Source of the DNA: Octopus vulgaris
Taxonomy: Eukaryota
Direction of reading: 5' to 3'
NCBI GenBank assembly: GCA_951406725.2
Contig: OX597817.1
Span: 114,266,001 to 114,330,000 of the forward strand
Length of the DNA: 64,000 nt
Below are positions 50,321 through 63,671 of this stretch, piece after piece. Position numbers and translations under genes: made by a program. The notes beneath the pieces are model-generated. The model ran no database searches and was not told where the DNA came from. It saw only the letters and a list, made by a program, of their open reading frames with translations. The stretch's first letter is position 1, and each line of letters opens with the position of its first letter.

Positions 50321-51492
50321 AAAAATTAAAAGACAAACAAAAAAATTAGAACAAACAAAAATCACTCACGAGAAGGTTATGGAGAACCATCTGCATATTT
50401 TCCTTGAAAATTCCATAGCAAGTACTATATGTAATTTTCAAAGACGTTACTAGGAGTCATTCATTGACCTGACATTGTAAAAAAAAGGAAGGAATGTCAT
50501 TTTGCTTACAGAATATGTTATATCTGTGATTGAAGACTTAAAATCTTTGTCGTCACTCCATCTTAAATATAGTAGTAGTTGTAATAGTAGCAATAGTAGA
50601 GAATTTGTTGTGGAAATTTAATTGTAACACAGAAGGTCAAACAACTATGTAAATGTACTCGAACAGGCTTGACATCAGCCATGAACATTGTCTGTATTTG
50701 TCTATTTGGTGGCATTATACTTGCTATTTTGCCAGGCTTTGGAAGTTTGCTTTTTCTCCCTTAGGGTCATAATCATTTGGCAATCATTTTTCTGTAAACC
50801 ACTTCATGTTGTACTGTTTAGTGAAGCCATTCGTGTGTACATTTGTATTTACGATCAACTGTATGTTTATTTTTGTATGCACATCTGCTTCTCTGCAGTT
50901 ATGCATTTGTTTTATGTTCTCTGAAAATTGATTTTCTTGGCAAAGGAACATATGTCAGCTATGTTTATCATAGATTCCTTCTGGGAAATTCAGCACAAAT
51001 ATCATCCTATCTAAGAAATATTATCTTTCTTTCTCTACAAAGGAAACTAACAATGAGGAAGTCTATCAAAATGATTTAAATTTTGTTGCATATGCTTAGA
51101 TAATTTTGTGGAAAATAAAGAGATAAATAAACTTTATGTCTGCTGTTTCATAGCCAAGAGATGATTTGGTCCAAATTATAATGAGTTTTTAAAGGCTTCA
51201 TACCTTGCAACATTTCTTGTTCATATTTTGTGTTATATTTCATGACTTCTGTCAAATGAACATGTTATGGAAGTCTTGTAAATCTGCCAAAAACTTTTGT
51301 GTGTATAATACAGAAAAGATTCCAATAATCATTTTCCAATTAACCATGGGCTTGATCATTGCAAAGTGATAAAAAGTGAAAGATTACAAAAAAAGAACAT
51401 ACATACATGCATACATACATACACACATATAGATCTATGTATATATGATGTATTTATGTATGTATATGTGTACATACACACAGAGGTACATA

Positions 51493-51542
<50 letters not shown>

Positions 51543-52096
51543 ATTACACATGCACACATATATACAAATGCATATATATATATATATATATATAATGATA
51601 TAATAATGATTTCAAAAAATATTTTGAAATTACTTTTAAAATAAACACTAAATAAAATTCCTGTAGATAAAAAATAAGCAAAATTACAAAAGAAAAGTAA
51701 AAAAAATGTGAAAAAGCAAAACAAAACGAAACAGAAAACAAATGAAATCAAAACAAACAATTACAAATAAACATGTTTAAACATTGGCAGTAAAAAAACC
51801 CATAAAGAATGGCATAGTTTTAATTTATTGAGACATGTTTATCTTTGGTGGGGAAAAGGAACAATATGTGCATTTTATGCAATTTTTCATGTCAATGAGG
51901 AAACAAGCAAAAAGCAAAACAAAAAAAGGCCTCCTAAAATAGCAAATTTTCTTTTGCAGTCGAAATTCGCTTCAGTAATTCTTAATTTTCATGATATTCT
52001 ATATGTTTTTCTCTTCTCCCACTTGTATTAATAACTTGAATAAAATACAAATTTGTTAATACTATGAATAAATCATTAAATGGATTTGTTGTCGTA

Positions 52097-52132
<36 letters not shown>

Positions 52133-53628
52133 ATACTAATAATATAATTCTTAAGTTGATTTTTTTTCATCCTGCTTGTTCCCCATTGAGAGATAAATGG
52201 CCTTATGTTATAGACTGTTGTTAAATGTTTATGGTACCATTTCATGGCAGTTGTTCAGACAATCTTCCCAGTGTTTTAGTTTGAATGTTTTACTATCAAA
52301 TAAAAATGTCTTGTATCTTGTGTGTTGTTTGTGTGCACACGAGTGTGTGTAAGTATGTATACATACATGCTAGAATATATATATATAAGAATATATATGT
52401 GTTTATGTGTGCACTTGTCTTTATACATGTTTTGTGGATAAAGCTATTTTACATTTTGTTTAAATCCATCCCATAAAGAGAGAAGTGTAATCATTTCAGG
52501 AAGTTTATCTACAACTATTCTTCAAAATAGTTAGGTTGTTGTAGGAATTGATTTCTTTTTAGTTCATGTAACAATTGGTATGTTAAACATCAATAGAATT
52601 TTTTTTACATTCATTCATACACATGTTTACCCACATACACCCACAAACACACTCACACACACACAGACATTTTATTAGATTGGTGGTCATGGCTGAGGAT
52701 GTATAATGCAGATTAGCCTGATTGCAGTATATTGAATCTAGTTTGTTATACAAGTAAAATAGTTTGTGAGACATAGTACTTTTCTAACAGATCATTGGTC
52801 TTGAGTCTAACTCTTTGGACACTGAACTACCTGGTATTGTATTTGGTTATATGATATAGAAGTCCGTTTTAAAAGTGTTCATGTTTAAATTAAAAATCTC
52901 AATTATAATTTTAAATAAATATTTTCCATTGTGTTTAAAAAGACCAAATTTATACATGCCAATAAATGGAACAAAAATAAAGGGTTATTTTACAAAATTC
53001 ATCATCCAAAATTAATTAAATCCTAAAACGTATTTTGTTAGAAATATGGTCGTAAACAGGTAAAGACCTGCTAAAAGGTATTTTATTTTGTTTTCTGTTG
53101 CTTATTTCTCTTGGTTGGATATCTGCTGTTAGGAATAGGAACAAATCATCAATTTTATTTTGTATTTTATTTTATTAATTAATCAAAGGAATAAGAAAAG
53201 GAAGAGAAAGGCTCGTAATCATTGAACACATTCTCAGTCGAGTGAAATCAATGTGGTTGATGTTAAGATTGAATTTTGTTTGAGAAAGGAGTGGTGAGTA
53301 GGATCGAGGTTGAACTGATGTCCATTGATAATGATATAGAGGAGGGAGAATCATACAGTACAAGACTTTTTTGTGGTTTGGAAGTTTCTCAACCAGGGCC
53401 CACACGATCCCTGGAAGTGCACACAAAATTTTTGGTGGGATTCACATAAGCAAAACAGTAAATTGGGGGTCTGTGGTAATATTTTAGGGGTCAGTGAAAA
53501 AAAACTTTGCCTTAAACGTATTTATTGCAAGAAACAACTAGGTTTCTTTCCCTAACACTTAATGTAGTTCAGCATATTTCCAGCCACTGAGACGTATTTT
53601 CTCAGACAGTGTGATTGCAAACTTCCAC

Positions 53629-53793
53629 GAGTGGCTGTGTGGTAAGTAGCTTGCTTACAAACCACATGGTTCCGGATTCAGTCCCACTGTGTGGCACCTT
53701 GGGCAAGTGTCTTTTACTATAGCCTCGGGCTGACCAAAGCCTTGTGAGTGGATTTGGTATATGGAAACTGAAAAGAAGCCCATCGTATATATG

Positions 53794-53833
<40 letters not shown>

Positions 53834-54045
53834 TGTGTGTGTATATGTTTGTGTGTCTATGTTCGTCCCCCCATCATCGCTTGACAACCAATGCTGGTGT
53901 GTTTATGTCCCTGTAACTTGGCAGTTCCGCAAAAGACACCGATAGAATTAGCACTAGGCTTACAAAGAATAAGTCCTGGGGTCAATTTGGTTGGTGGTGC
54001 TCTAGCATGGCTGCAATCAAATGACTGAAACAAATAAAAGAGTAA
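53629..54045 (+). mobile_element. Full-length SINE family C (tRNA head, CORE-like accttgggcaagtgtctt, internal (TA)n)
   Basis: A/B-box-like head and a conserved 3' tail shared with other copies. Confidence 0.85.
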
Positions 54046-54722
54046 GTGTCTGCATGAAAAACAAAATTGGAATTTTGAAAGATGTATCTATAAAACTAGT
54101 TTTTAAGCATAGACTGACAATGGCTGTCCATCAGAGTAAAAAAAGTAATGAAAAGGGTCCATATGTAAAAAAAAGCCTGAGAGCTACTCATATAGAAAGA
54201 GAATGATTTCTAGTGGAGAAGGGAGAGAAAGCTAAAGCTCATGATTTGCTACTTATACAAGTAGACCAGTCTGAGGACAGTGACCTTTAGTGGATGTGTC
54301 ATAATCTTGTATTTGCTGGGAATATGCAATCCTCACAAACTGCTGATAAAATGATATGGGAATATATGAGGACTGAAAAGCAACCTTGTAATTTCTTACC
54401 CATAATTTCTTATTTCTTATTTCACACAGAGGGGACAGACAAATGGATTAAGTCAATTATATCGACCCCAGTGCATAACTAGTGTATTTTTCTTTTACTG
54501 AACTTCATGCTTCTTACAGTTGCAAGTTGTGACCATAACAGAGAGTGTTACTGGAATGATTTATTTTCCAGTTCTGCTCAGAAGAACTGTTAAAATGTAG
54601 TCAGTACTGCAAGTGTACATATTCTAATGAAAATATTAGCTATTTTTTTTTATTCAGGTGTCATTTTTAAGAAACAACTATTTTTTTAGACTTTAAATAG
54701 TTTTTCTTTTTTTGTTTTCTAG

Positions 54723-54881
54723 TTGAACTTAGACATGCAGCCTTTCATCGATTCAAGTGAAGCTTCATCTACACAAATAAGTGCAACTGCAGCTCCAGTT
54801 GTGAACTTGATTGAAAGAAATGGTTCCACACTGATGAATCATCTACACTCTGCATTTAAAGCACCAACTGACAATACAAAG
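54723..54881 (+). CDS. Candidate internal coding exon of a host gene (LNLDMQPFIDSSEASSTQISATAAPVVNLIERNGSTLMNHLHSAFKAPTDNTK)
   Basis: Long polypyrimidine tract plus TAG acceptor, consensus AAG|GTAAGT donor, 159 nt open only in phase 0, non-repetitive. Confidence 0.6.
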
Positions 54882-55777
54882 GTAAGTGTTTAGTTTTGAG
54901 CTTTGTTGTTTGTTCATATTTCTCATTTAAAGTTTCATACTGTGAGCAACTGTTATGGATTTTATGTCAAAAATATACATGTGATGAAAGATAACATAGT
55001 CATTGTTCTGTAAATGGTATTGTTGTTGAGAAAACTGTTGTGTCACTGAAGAAGAAAAGTTTGGATTCGCTTTTACCGAAGCATCTTGGAAATAACATCA
55101 GGTAAGTAATTTCCTTACAGTAGTTCTTTCTTTACAGCTTGGCATAAAAATGCAAAAATCAAAGAAGAACAGTTATTTTTCTCAAGAAAATGAATGTCTT
55201 GCTGTTATATATTAGAGTATTAGGCACAATATCTTATAGCATTTGGTTAGCTTCATATATGTATTATATTTATAGTGAGGGGGTTCACATCCTGCTGAAG
55301 TCAACTTTGCAGGGTCTCAACATGGATGCAGTGCAATAACTGAAACCAGTGAAAGAGCAAAATGATAAAAGAATGAATGAGAGAGGCATCATCTAGCTTG
55401 ATCATTTATAGATGGTTTTGAACCCAAGAGTATAGGGGAAAAAAGTCTTGGCACTCATAAGAAGGGCTGGTAGGAAGAATATGGTGATGGGTCTTTGCTA
55501 CTGCAAGTCAGGAAATGTCACATCTGGTTTGTTGGGGGTTATGAAAAACTGGAATTAAAAAAAAAAGAAAACATGGGGAAAACTTACAGATGAAATCTTG
55601 TGTTCATTAAAGTTATGTCCTTTGGATAAGGATCAGGCAGTTCCATCACTGTGTAAAGGGGTGGGACTGGGGTGCAGGTGGGGTTGATGTATGACTGTAT
55701 GAGTTAAAGGGTAGATATTAATTTTGATTTTGAGAGCTATAATTCTACATAACTTTAATGTTTTCATTCCATACATG

Positions 55778-56125
55778 TTACCTCCACCTTAGCAAAAGTG
55801 GAGGTACTGTTTTCAATTGTGTTTGTTTGTTTATCTGTCTGTCTGTCCATGGACAAGATATCTCAAGAACCGGTGAATGGATTTGAATGAAGCTTTCAGG
55901 GGTGTTTGGCCTCGTGACTGGCACAAACTGATTAGATTTTGGGATTGATCCGGTACCAGACAAGGATTCTGGATTATTTTTCCTGCTTTTAACCTAATTT
56001 TTGAGAGCGGTCAGGTTCATTTTTAGTATTCTCTTCTGTGAGAGCAGTCGAGTTTATTTCAGATATTCTCATTTTAAAAATCATCTCTGGCTAATCTCCT
56101 TGGTGGAGGTGTGTGCTCTTGTGAA
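55778..56125 (+). mobile_element. Helentron-associated non-autonomous element (HINE/DINE-1-like)
   Basis: 5' ttacctccacc with nearby inverted gtggaggta, a (GTTT)/(GTCT)n tract, and 3' subTIR ggtggaggt. Confidence 0.7.
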
Positions 56126-56332
56126 TTTTAAAATATTTTTAATCTTGCTGTTTTCTTATAATATCATAAATTTCATATTCATTATGATTTGTATTAGGAA
56201 ATCTTCTATTGGATCATGTATAATCTTTTTTTTATTTACTATTATATTTATATATATAATATATGATGTATGTATAAGAAAATTTTGATGAATTTTCAGC
56301 TTTTACTCAGTATTCCCCCTAACACGTGTGTG

Positions 56333-56376
<44 letters not shown>

Positions 56377-57262
56377 TATACTAACACAAAAGCATGCACA
56401 CAAATATGTATACATTATGTGCACACGCATGTGAAATAAGGGATGTCTATTTACTTTTGATATGTCTATGTATGCTTCTTATCATTCTTTCTTTAATTAT
56501 TCAAATTCTTCCTATAAAAGAGAGGCTAGTTTCTTAACAAAGAATTAAAGTTTCATCACTGAACTTTAGATAATTACCAATGAAGTTTTTTTACATGTTG
56601 GATTTTAGAAATGTTTTCCATATTTTTACTGTTTTACTTACAGATTGCTTTTGCAAAATGTGTAACATTGTGAAATACACTTATTATTATGGATAAAAAT
56701 ATATACTTCTATTCTGTGTTGAGTAGCTGTTTCTTTTGAAGCATTTGTTCATAGATATATTCTATCCCTACTTGTTTAATTTGAATTCTTCCATCAAAGA
56801 AGCATTCAAATAATGAAACAATTCAATTACTTGTAGGGATACTGTTTCTCATTATGCAACCATAAATTACAGCCAAACATATTAAAGACTTTACAAGTCA
56901 ATACTGCATCCTACAGTGTTAGCAATCTTTGATTGCATTGTTTACATTAACTGTATTCAGATGGAAAACATTGTAACAACTCAGTGCTGGCTATAATTTC
57001 AACAGAAATTCTGTAGAGATAATCTTAAAAATGAAACATATGTATGAAGTCTCCATCATTAGAATTTGGGTAGTAAAATAAGAAGTTGGACATATTTTTA
57101 TTACTTCACTTACAGACTGTATTTGAAAAATGTGTCAGCTGGTCACTTTTTTTTTTACTTAAAAACTCTTTGCTTTTTACAATTCATAAACATTTATTTT
57201 CACAATCAGCTGCATAATTATCAACGTAAATATGAATTTATAATCATCTAATTATATACTTA

Positions 57263-57570
57263 TGAGGGTGCATGGCTTAGTGGTTAGGGTGTTGCACTCA
57301 CAATCTGGTGGCAGTGATTTAAATTCCTAGACTGAGTGGTGTGTTGTGTTCTTGAGCAAAACACTTCATCTCACATTGCTCTGCAATCACTTTAACACCT
57401 GATGCATGGTACACAGTGCAACTGTTCAGACAATGTCGGTTTGATGGAGAGAGTGAACTAATGTGTCGCATGAACATTTGATCACAATAAACAAATCATT
57501 TGTGTAGGTTGTTTGACAAACGCTGAACACTCATATATCATCTTTGATGGGAAAATCCATCTATAATAAG
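57263..57570 (+). mobile_element. tRNA-derived SINE of a fourth family (V-domain-like gtgttcttgagcaaaacactt)
   Basis: A-box tggcttagtgg and a degenerate B-box. Confidence 0.65.
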
Positions 57571-57701
57571 CTTATTTATTTACATGTGCCTGTATTATTT
57601 TTCAAATTTCTCACAAATAAAGAAAGAGTTGGCCTCCAACTCAGAAACAGTTTGTGCCTGCCATTTTCATGTGTGAGCCTATTTGTTTACTTGTATGTAT
57701 G

Positions 57702-57732
<31 letters not shown>

Positions 57733-58459
57733 GATAGCTAAACTTCTCAAATGTTTTACATATTTTTACAGTTCCTTTAGTTGCTTGGAATTGTAATTTT
57801 CTAAGTAGCTGTGTCCTTTCTTGTTTTGTGAAGCTCAGCTTCTCAAAATTGTTGCAGAGGCAAGTAATTACATAACCAAATGCTCTAATAAACAAATATA
57901 AATTTAAAGTTATTCCTTGAGTATATTATCTGCAGATCTGTTATTAGTTCAGAATGTTTTCTTTATCTTCTATCTCTAATTGCATGTTAACAATAACTGA
58001 ACATGCTTATGTCTGGTCTGTTATGCCTACATTTTATTGAAGTTTTGGCAGATACCTTTCTTTTTTCATATTCATTTTTAATATTCTTTCATATTAGGAA
58101 TGAAAATACTTTCTTACATTGCTTTAATTCCTTGTATTTCGATATTCAGGATTATCGTTTCTATGAAACGTATGCCCTATAGGTAAATTGTATCATGATG
58201 ACATTTTGGGACAGCTGCTTATGATGCAAGTCAGGTCTTCAATTGTTAATTCTGCAGAATATGCACCAGTTGTCAAATCTAGGTGTTTTACTCACATCCC
58301 TACCCCTTTTGTACATCAGGCATTTTGGTGTTTTATCCTGTACCTGGATTTGCAAAAGCAAATGCATACTTTTCTAAGTGAGTACTATTGTCATAGTTGT
58401 TGGGTCTTTGACAGACTAATGTGGTTATCTGTGTCATTGTCACAGCTCTCTGCAGAAAA

Positions 58460-58968
58460 GTTGACCTCAGTAGAATTTTAACACACACTGCAGAGAGCTG
58501 TGTGTTAAAATTCTATTGAGGTAAACTTTTCAATATAGAAAGTAAACTTTAGGGTTGACCTCAGCAGAATTTTAACACACACTGCAGAGAGCTGTGTGTT
58601 AAAATTCTATTGAGGTAAACTTTTCAATATAGAAAGTAAACTTTAGGGTTGACCTCAGCAGAATTTTAACACACACTGCAGAGAGCTGTGTGTTAAAATT
58701 CTATTGAGGTAAACTTTTCAATATAGAAAGTAAACTTTAGGGTTGACCTCAGCAGAATTTTAACACACACTGCAGAAAGCTGTGTGTTAAAATTCTATTG
58801 AGGTAAACTTTTCAATATAGAAAGTAAACTTTAGGGTTGACCTCAGTAGAATTTTAACACACACTGCAGAGAGCTGAGTGTTAAAATTCTATTGAGGTAA
58901 ACTTTTTAGTATAGAAAGTAAACTTTAGGGTTGACCTCAGCAGAATTTTAACATGCACTGCAGAGAGT
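58460..58968. repeat. 94-bp tandem repeat (about 5.4 copies), each unit with a hairpin of about 29 bp
   Basis: Units at 58460, 58554, 58648, 58742, 58836 and 58930; acctcag(c/t)agaattttaacacaca / tgtgtgttaaaattctattgaggt. Confidence 0.95.
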
Positions 58969-59602
58969 TTGAACTATATATAAAGTACTGAGGTGGCTGG
59001 TAATATGTTAGAATCATTAGCGTGCTGGGCAAAATGCTTAGTGGCATTTTGTCCGTCTTCACGTTTGCTGCTATTGACTTCGCCTTTCATCCTTTTAGGG
59101 TTTATAAAATAAGTGCCAGTTAAACATTGGGATTGATTTCCTCAACTTAACCCCTCCCCATCAACCTGCTGGCCTCATACCTAAATTTGAAACTAATATA
59201 TAAAGCAATATATAAAGAGCCAATCAAATACTTGAGTTAATTCTTCTCCTCTTTTTCACTTGGTACACACACACACACATCACCACCATCATCATCATCA
59301 TCTCCTTAGAATCAGTTTCACCATGTTGTAGAAGGTGGTGTACTGGACCACTCAGTATTCATTTCCTTCAAGAAATAAATGAAGGTAGAGTGAAAGGCTA
59401 GCAACCTCATCTCTTGACATCGCTTGACAACCGATGCTGGTGTGTTTACATCCCCATCACTTAGAAGTTTGGCATGAGAGATCGATAGAATAAGTACTAG
59501 GCTTACAAAGAATAAGTCCTGGGGTTGATTTGCTCGACTAAAGGTGGTGCTCCAGCATGGCTACAGTCGAATGACTGAAATAAAAGAATATATATATATA
59601 TG

Positions 59603-59640
<38 letters not shown>

Positions 59641-60035
59641 TAAAGATAAACTTACTTGGAAATGGATATGTGGTGTTCAACCAAATAATAATTTAAATAA
59701 TATATATGTATATATATATATATACACACACACTTATGCATAGATGGGTACAGGATGTCATCAACAGTAAACAACATGAAATATGAAAGCAAATGAGTTC
59801 AAAACACAAACAACGAGAGAAACAAATGGTAAACAGGACAAGTAACATAAAGAACGACCCTTCGTCAGTTGTTGACTGTCTATCTACTCTTCATTTTGAA
59901 CATAGAACGACAATATGAGTCTTCGAAGACAGTTGCTCCAACAAGTACCAAAATATGTGTGTGTCTATTTATCTATCTATCTATACCCCCCCCCATACAC
60001 ACATACATACATATGTACATATATATATGTGTGTG

Positions 60036-60532
60036 TAAGACCTGTTGAGCCAAGTGAAATCGTAGTTGTGACCAATGCCTGTGCCAGTGTCACCTAAAAT
60101 TACCATTCAAGCATAGCTGATGCCATTACCACTTGACTGGCACCTATGCCAGCGGCATGTAAAAAGCACCTTCGAGTGTGGTCAATGCCAGTGCCGCCTG
60201 ACTGGCTCCCATGCAGGTGGCACATAAAAAGCACCATTTGAGCATTGTCAATGCCAGTACCTCTTGACTGGCTCCTGTGCTGGTAGCTTGTAAAAAGCAC
60301 CATTTGACCGTGGTCAATGCCAGTGCCACCTGACTGGCACCCATACTAGCATCACATAAAAAGCTCCCACTACACTCTCGGAGTGGTTAGTGTTAGGAAG
60401 GGCATCCAGCTGTAGAAACCTTGCCAGATCAGAATGGAGCCTGGTGCAGCCCCCTGGCCTGCCAGTCCTTTCTGAAACTGTCTAACCCATGCCAGCATGG
60501 AAAGTAGATGTTAAACGATGATGATGATGATG
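60036..60532 (+). mobile_element. SINE family A with about four internal subrepeats of about 63 bp
   Basis: Repeated caatgccagt.cc.cctgactggc..aaaagcacc blocks before the family A tail. Confidence 0.85.
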
Positions 60533-60648
60533 GCATACATCCATCCATACAGACATATAATTGAAATCGGATCCTATGTACAGTTCTAAATAAATAATCT
60601 AGCATGTATGTATATGTACACAATTTTTGAATATATATTGTGTGTGTG

Positions 60649-60700
<52 letters not shown>

Positions 60701-62111
60701 TGTGTATTGTGTTGGCTTATGATTGGAGAGATGTAAGACAGATATATCTAAAAAAAAAAAAGAAAACCCCAATCCCACCTCCCACCACACAAATAAACAT
60801 TATCAGCTAAACACTAGCATATTTGGTTCTTGTGAAATGTGAAATGGTGTGAAAAGGAGTGTTCCAGCTTTAGTTTAGCACCATGGGAGAGATATTCAGA
60901 TGAGATGATATAATGCTTATCAACAAGTTTCTCTCTGCAAGTAAACTTGATAAATATCTCTATGCAACACTAACTGGAATGGTCTATAATTCTGTAATGC
61001 CACTTGCTACACAATAACATTTCAGCATAGCTTTGCCTAGAACTGACTGAACTTTAACCAAGTACAAAGGATGTTACTCAAACACACACACATGTTCACA
61101 CAGAAATCTTTCCCTCACTCTGTTCTTCCTCTCTCTCTTCCACTCAATCACTTACACATACACATGCACTCATGCCAAACTTACATACGCACACATGCAC
61201 GCACGCACACACACGCACAAACACAAGATTAATGAGATAAACCAATTTTATTGAGAATACCTTAAATGTTAATGTTATATTCCAATTCCTTGACTGAAGC
61301 TGCATAAAATCCCTTTTTTTTTATTATTAATTATTTGTATGAGGGATTGATTTAATTGACTATGACTAACCAGCATCTCTATACGTCCTCAACCACTTCA
61401 TGGCCTTATGCCAATCTAAGAAATCATTATCATTATTATTAATTACATCAGTTTATGGCTTCTTCTACTATTCATGATTTTGCAATTAATGAGCTGGTTA
61501 CTTCTTAGTAATGTACTGTTAAGTACCTATTCACTTTCATTATCTCATATTCTTATATCTTCGATCCCATCATCATTATATTACTCTTGAGGGTGGTAGT
61601 GGAATGGCAGATAAAATGCTTTACAGTATTTAGTTATGTACCATTACATTCTGAGTTCACTTTCCACTGGGTACTTAACCAACTGAAGTCAACTTTGCTT
61701 TTCATCCTGTTTGGAAAATGGGTTGTCGGGTTTTAGTATCAGTTAATTAATCTATACACTTGCCTTCAAAATTTTAGACCTGGTGCCTTTATAAGAAATT
61801 GTTATTGTACTGTTCTGTATTATAATCTTTTGAAGAAACCCAGTTAATGTGAATTTGTTAGTGAAATGGCATCATCATCATCGTTTAACACCCGTTTTCC
61901 ATGCTAGCAGGGGGTGGACGGTTCGACCGGGGTCTGGTCTAGCAGTGTTTCTACAGCTGGATACCCTTCCTAATGCCAACGACTCCGTGAATGTAGTGGG
62001 TGCTTTATACGTGCCACCGATACAGGTGCAATCAGTTATTTATTATTTTTTGTGCACTAAGGATTTGGGGATTTTCAGTAATGATGATGACGATAATAAT
62101 AATAATAATAG

Positions 62112-62650
62112 CAGTGGCTCTCATGGCTTTTGACCTTAACTGATTGAAAGTGTTATCATGTACATTGTTTTGTCTGGTATAAGATATGGGCTACAGCAAA
62201 TATTTTACTCAATACCACAGATTTGTTTGTCAGTTGTTTGGCCTTAACCAGTTGAGCATGTCTCTTAGTGGCTGACAATATGTGCATCTCTGATCATGAA
62301 CAGAAGTAGTGGTGGGGGAGCATTATAGCCATGTGTTGAGAGAAGTTCTTTGGGGTTTGAATAATTCACCTCTGGAGGCGTGGGTGTTTTGTTCATCATC
62401 CTTAAAACAAACCTTATTCAGGGACCTTTTGAGTGGGATGGGCTACTCAACCTGAAGAAAATTCTAACTGGGCCCCCACCTGCAAGATCATGCTCTGTTT
62501 ATCTTGGTATGAGATCACCATGTCACGCACATATGGTTGTGATGCATGTGCCTGGTGTACCCTTATCAGATGGGTAGTCATGATGGGTCTACTGGGCTTC
62601 GTATATTTTACCTCAGTGTCACCTTGATGGCATGCACTGCTCTCTCACTC
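62112..62650 (+). mobile_element. Non-coding interspersed element inserted in (TAA)n
   Basis: GC-richer 540-bp block with (TAA)n on both sides and no recognisable ORF. Confidence 0.55.
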
Positions 62651-63114
62651 AATAATAATAATAATAATAATAATAATAATCATGGTTTCAAATTTAGGCA
62701 CAAGGCTAGTTTTTTGGGAGACAGGGTTAAGTGGATTACATCAACCCCAGTGCTCAACTGGTATTTATTTTATTGATTCCAAAAGGACGAATGGTAAAGT
62801 CAACTGTGGTGGAATTTGAACTTAGAATGTGAAGCTGGAAGAAATGCCTCTAAGCATTTTGTCTGGTGTAATAATGCTTCTACAAGGCTAGCAGTTTTGA
62901 ATGGAGTGGGATTAATCCGTACCATTGATGTCAGTACTTGATTAGTACTTTGATGTATTGATCCCCAGTGGGATGAAAAGTATGAAAAAACAAACTAAAA
63001 GGGATTTTTATAATTAAATATTTTTAGGAATTGAATAAAAAAATTGTTAAAATATTTTGTGTGTTGGAGAAGTATAACTGATTTATTGCATATAAACTTT
63101 TTATTATGCAAATG

Positions 63115-63282
63115 TGTAAAAGCACCCAGTACACTCTGTAAAGTGGTTGGCATTAGGAAGGGCAATCACCCATAGAAATCATGCCAAAACAGATATGGAA
63201 CCTGAACAGTCCTTCAGCTGGTCAGCTTGTGTCAAACTGTCCAATCCATGCCAGCATGGAAAAAGAATGTTAAATGATGATG
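63115..63282 (+). mobile_element. SINE family A 3' part
   Basis: Family A tail. Confidence 0.8.
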
Positions 63283-63647
63283 GAACTTTAGAAACAAAAT
63301 TTTATAAGGACTCTCCAAGGGTCATGAGGACCCATTTGAGAACCACTGATGTAGAGTATACAGTTTGTGGGTTGTGTTATATTAATGGATGGCATATGTA
63401 TAGAATATGATTTGTGTGAGTTGCTCATGTTATTGTGTTGCATGGCAATTATACACGATCAGTTTCTAAAATGATTAACATAATATTAGTCATTGAGATA
63501 ATGATTCTCTTGCCTGATCACAAGAATATTTGTAATTAGATTTTTTTTGATGCTCTGCATTAAATATGTTCACCCCTACTTAACTGTCAATTTTCATATA
63601 GATGGCCTCTCTGAGTAATTGAGTTATCAGTGTTTTGTTTTTCACAG

Positions 63648-63671
63648 AACCGTAGTCTCTGCACTTGTTGA
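63648..63671 (+). CDS. Possible terminal coding exon (NRSLCTC*)
   Basis: Acceptor tgttttgtttttcacag; the phase-0 reading is compatible with the 54723-54881 exon. Confidence 0.3.
   Translation, partial: NRSLCTC

Noticed and set aside
52792-52833. Small exon IIGLESNSLDTELP
   Set aside because: Weak donor, and its end phase is incompatible with the phase-0 exon at 54723
58460-58968. CRISPR-like array (palindromic repeats at a regular period)
   Set aside because: The sequences between hairpins are near-identical rather than unique spacers, there are no cas genes, and the context is eukaryotic
59780-59940. Additional hammerhead (CUGACGA on minus at about 59862-59868)
   Set aside because: No properly placed downstream GAAA, stem III or UH; probably a repeat fragment
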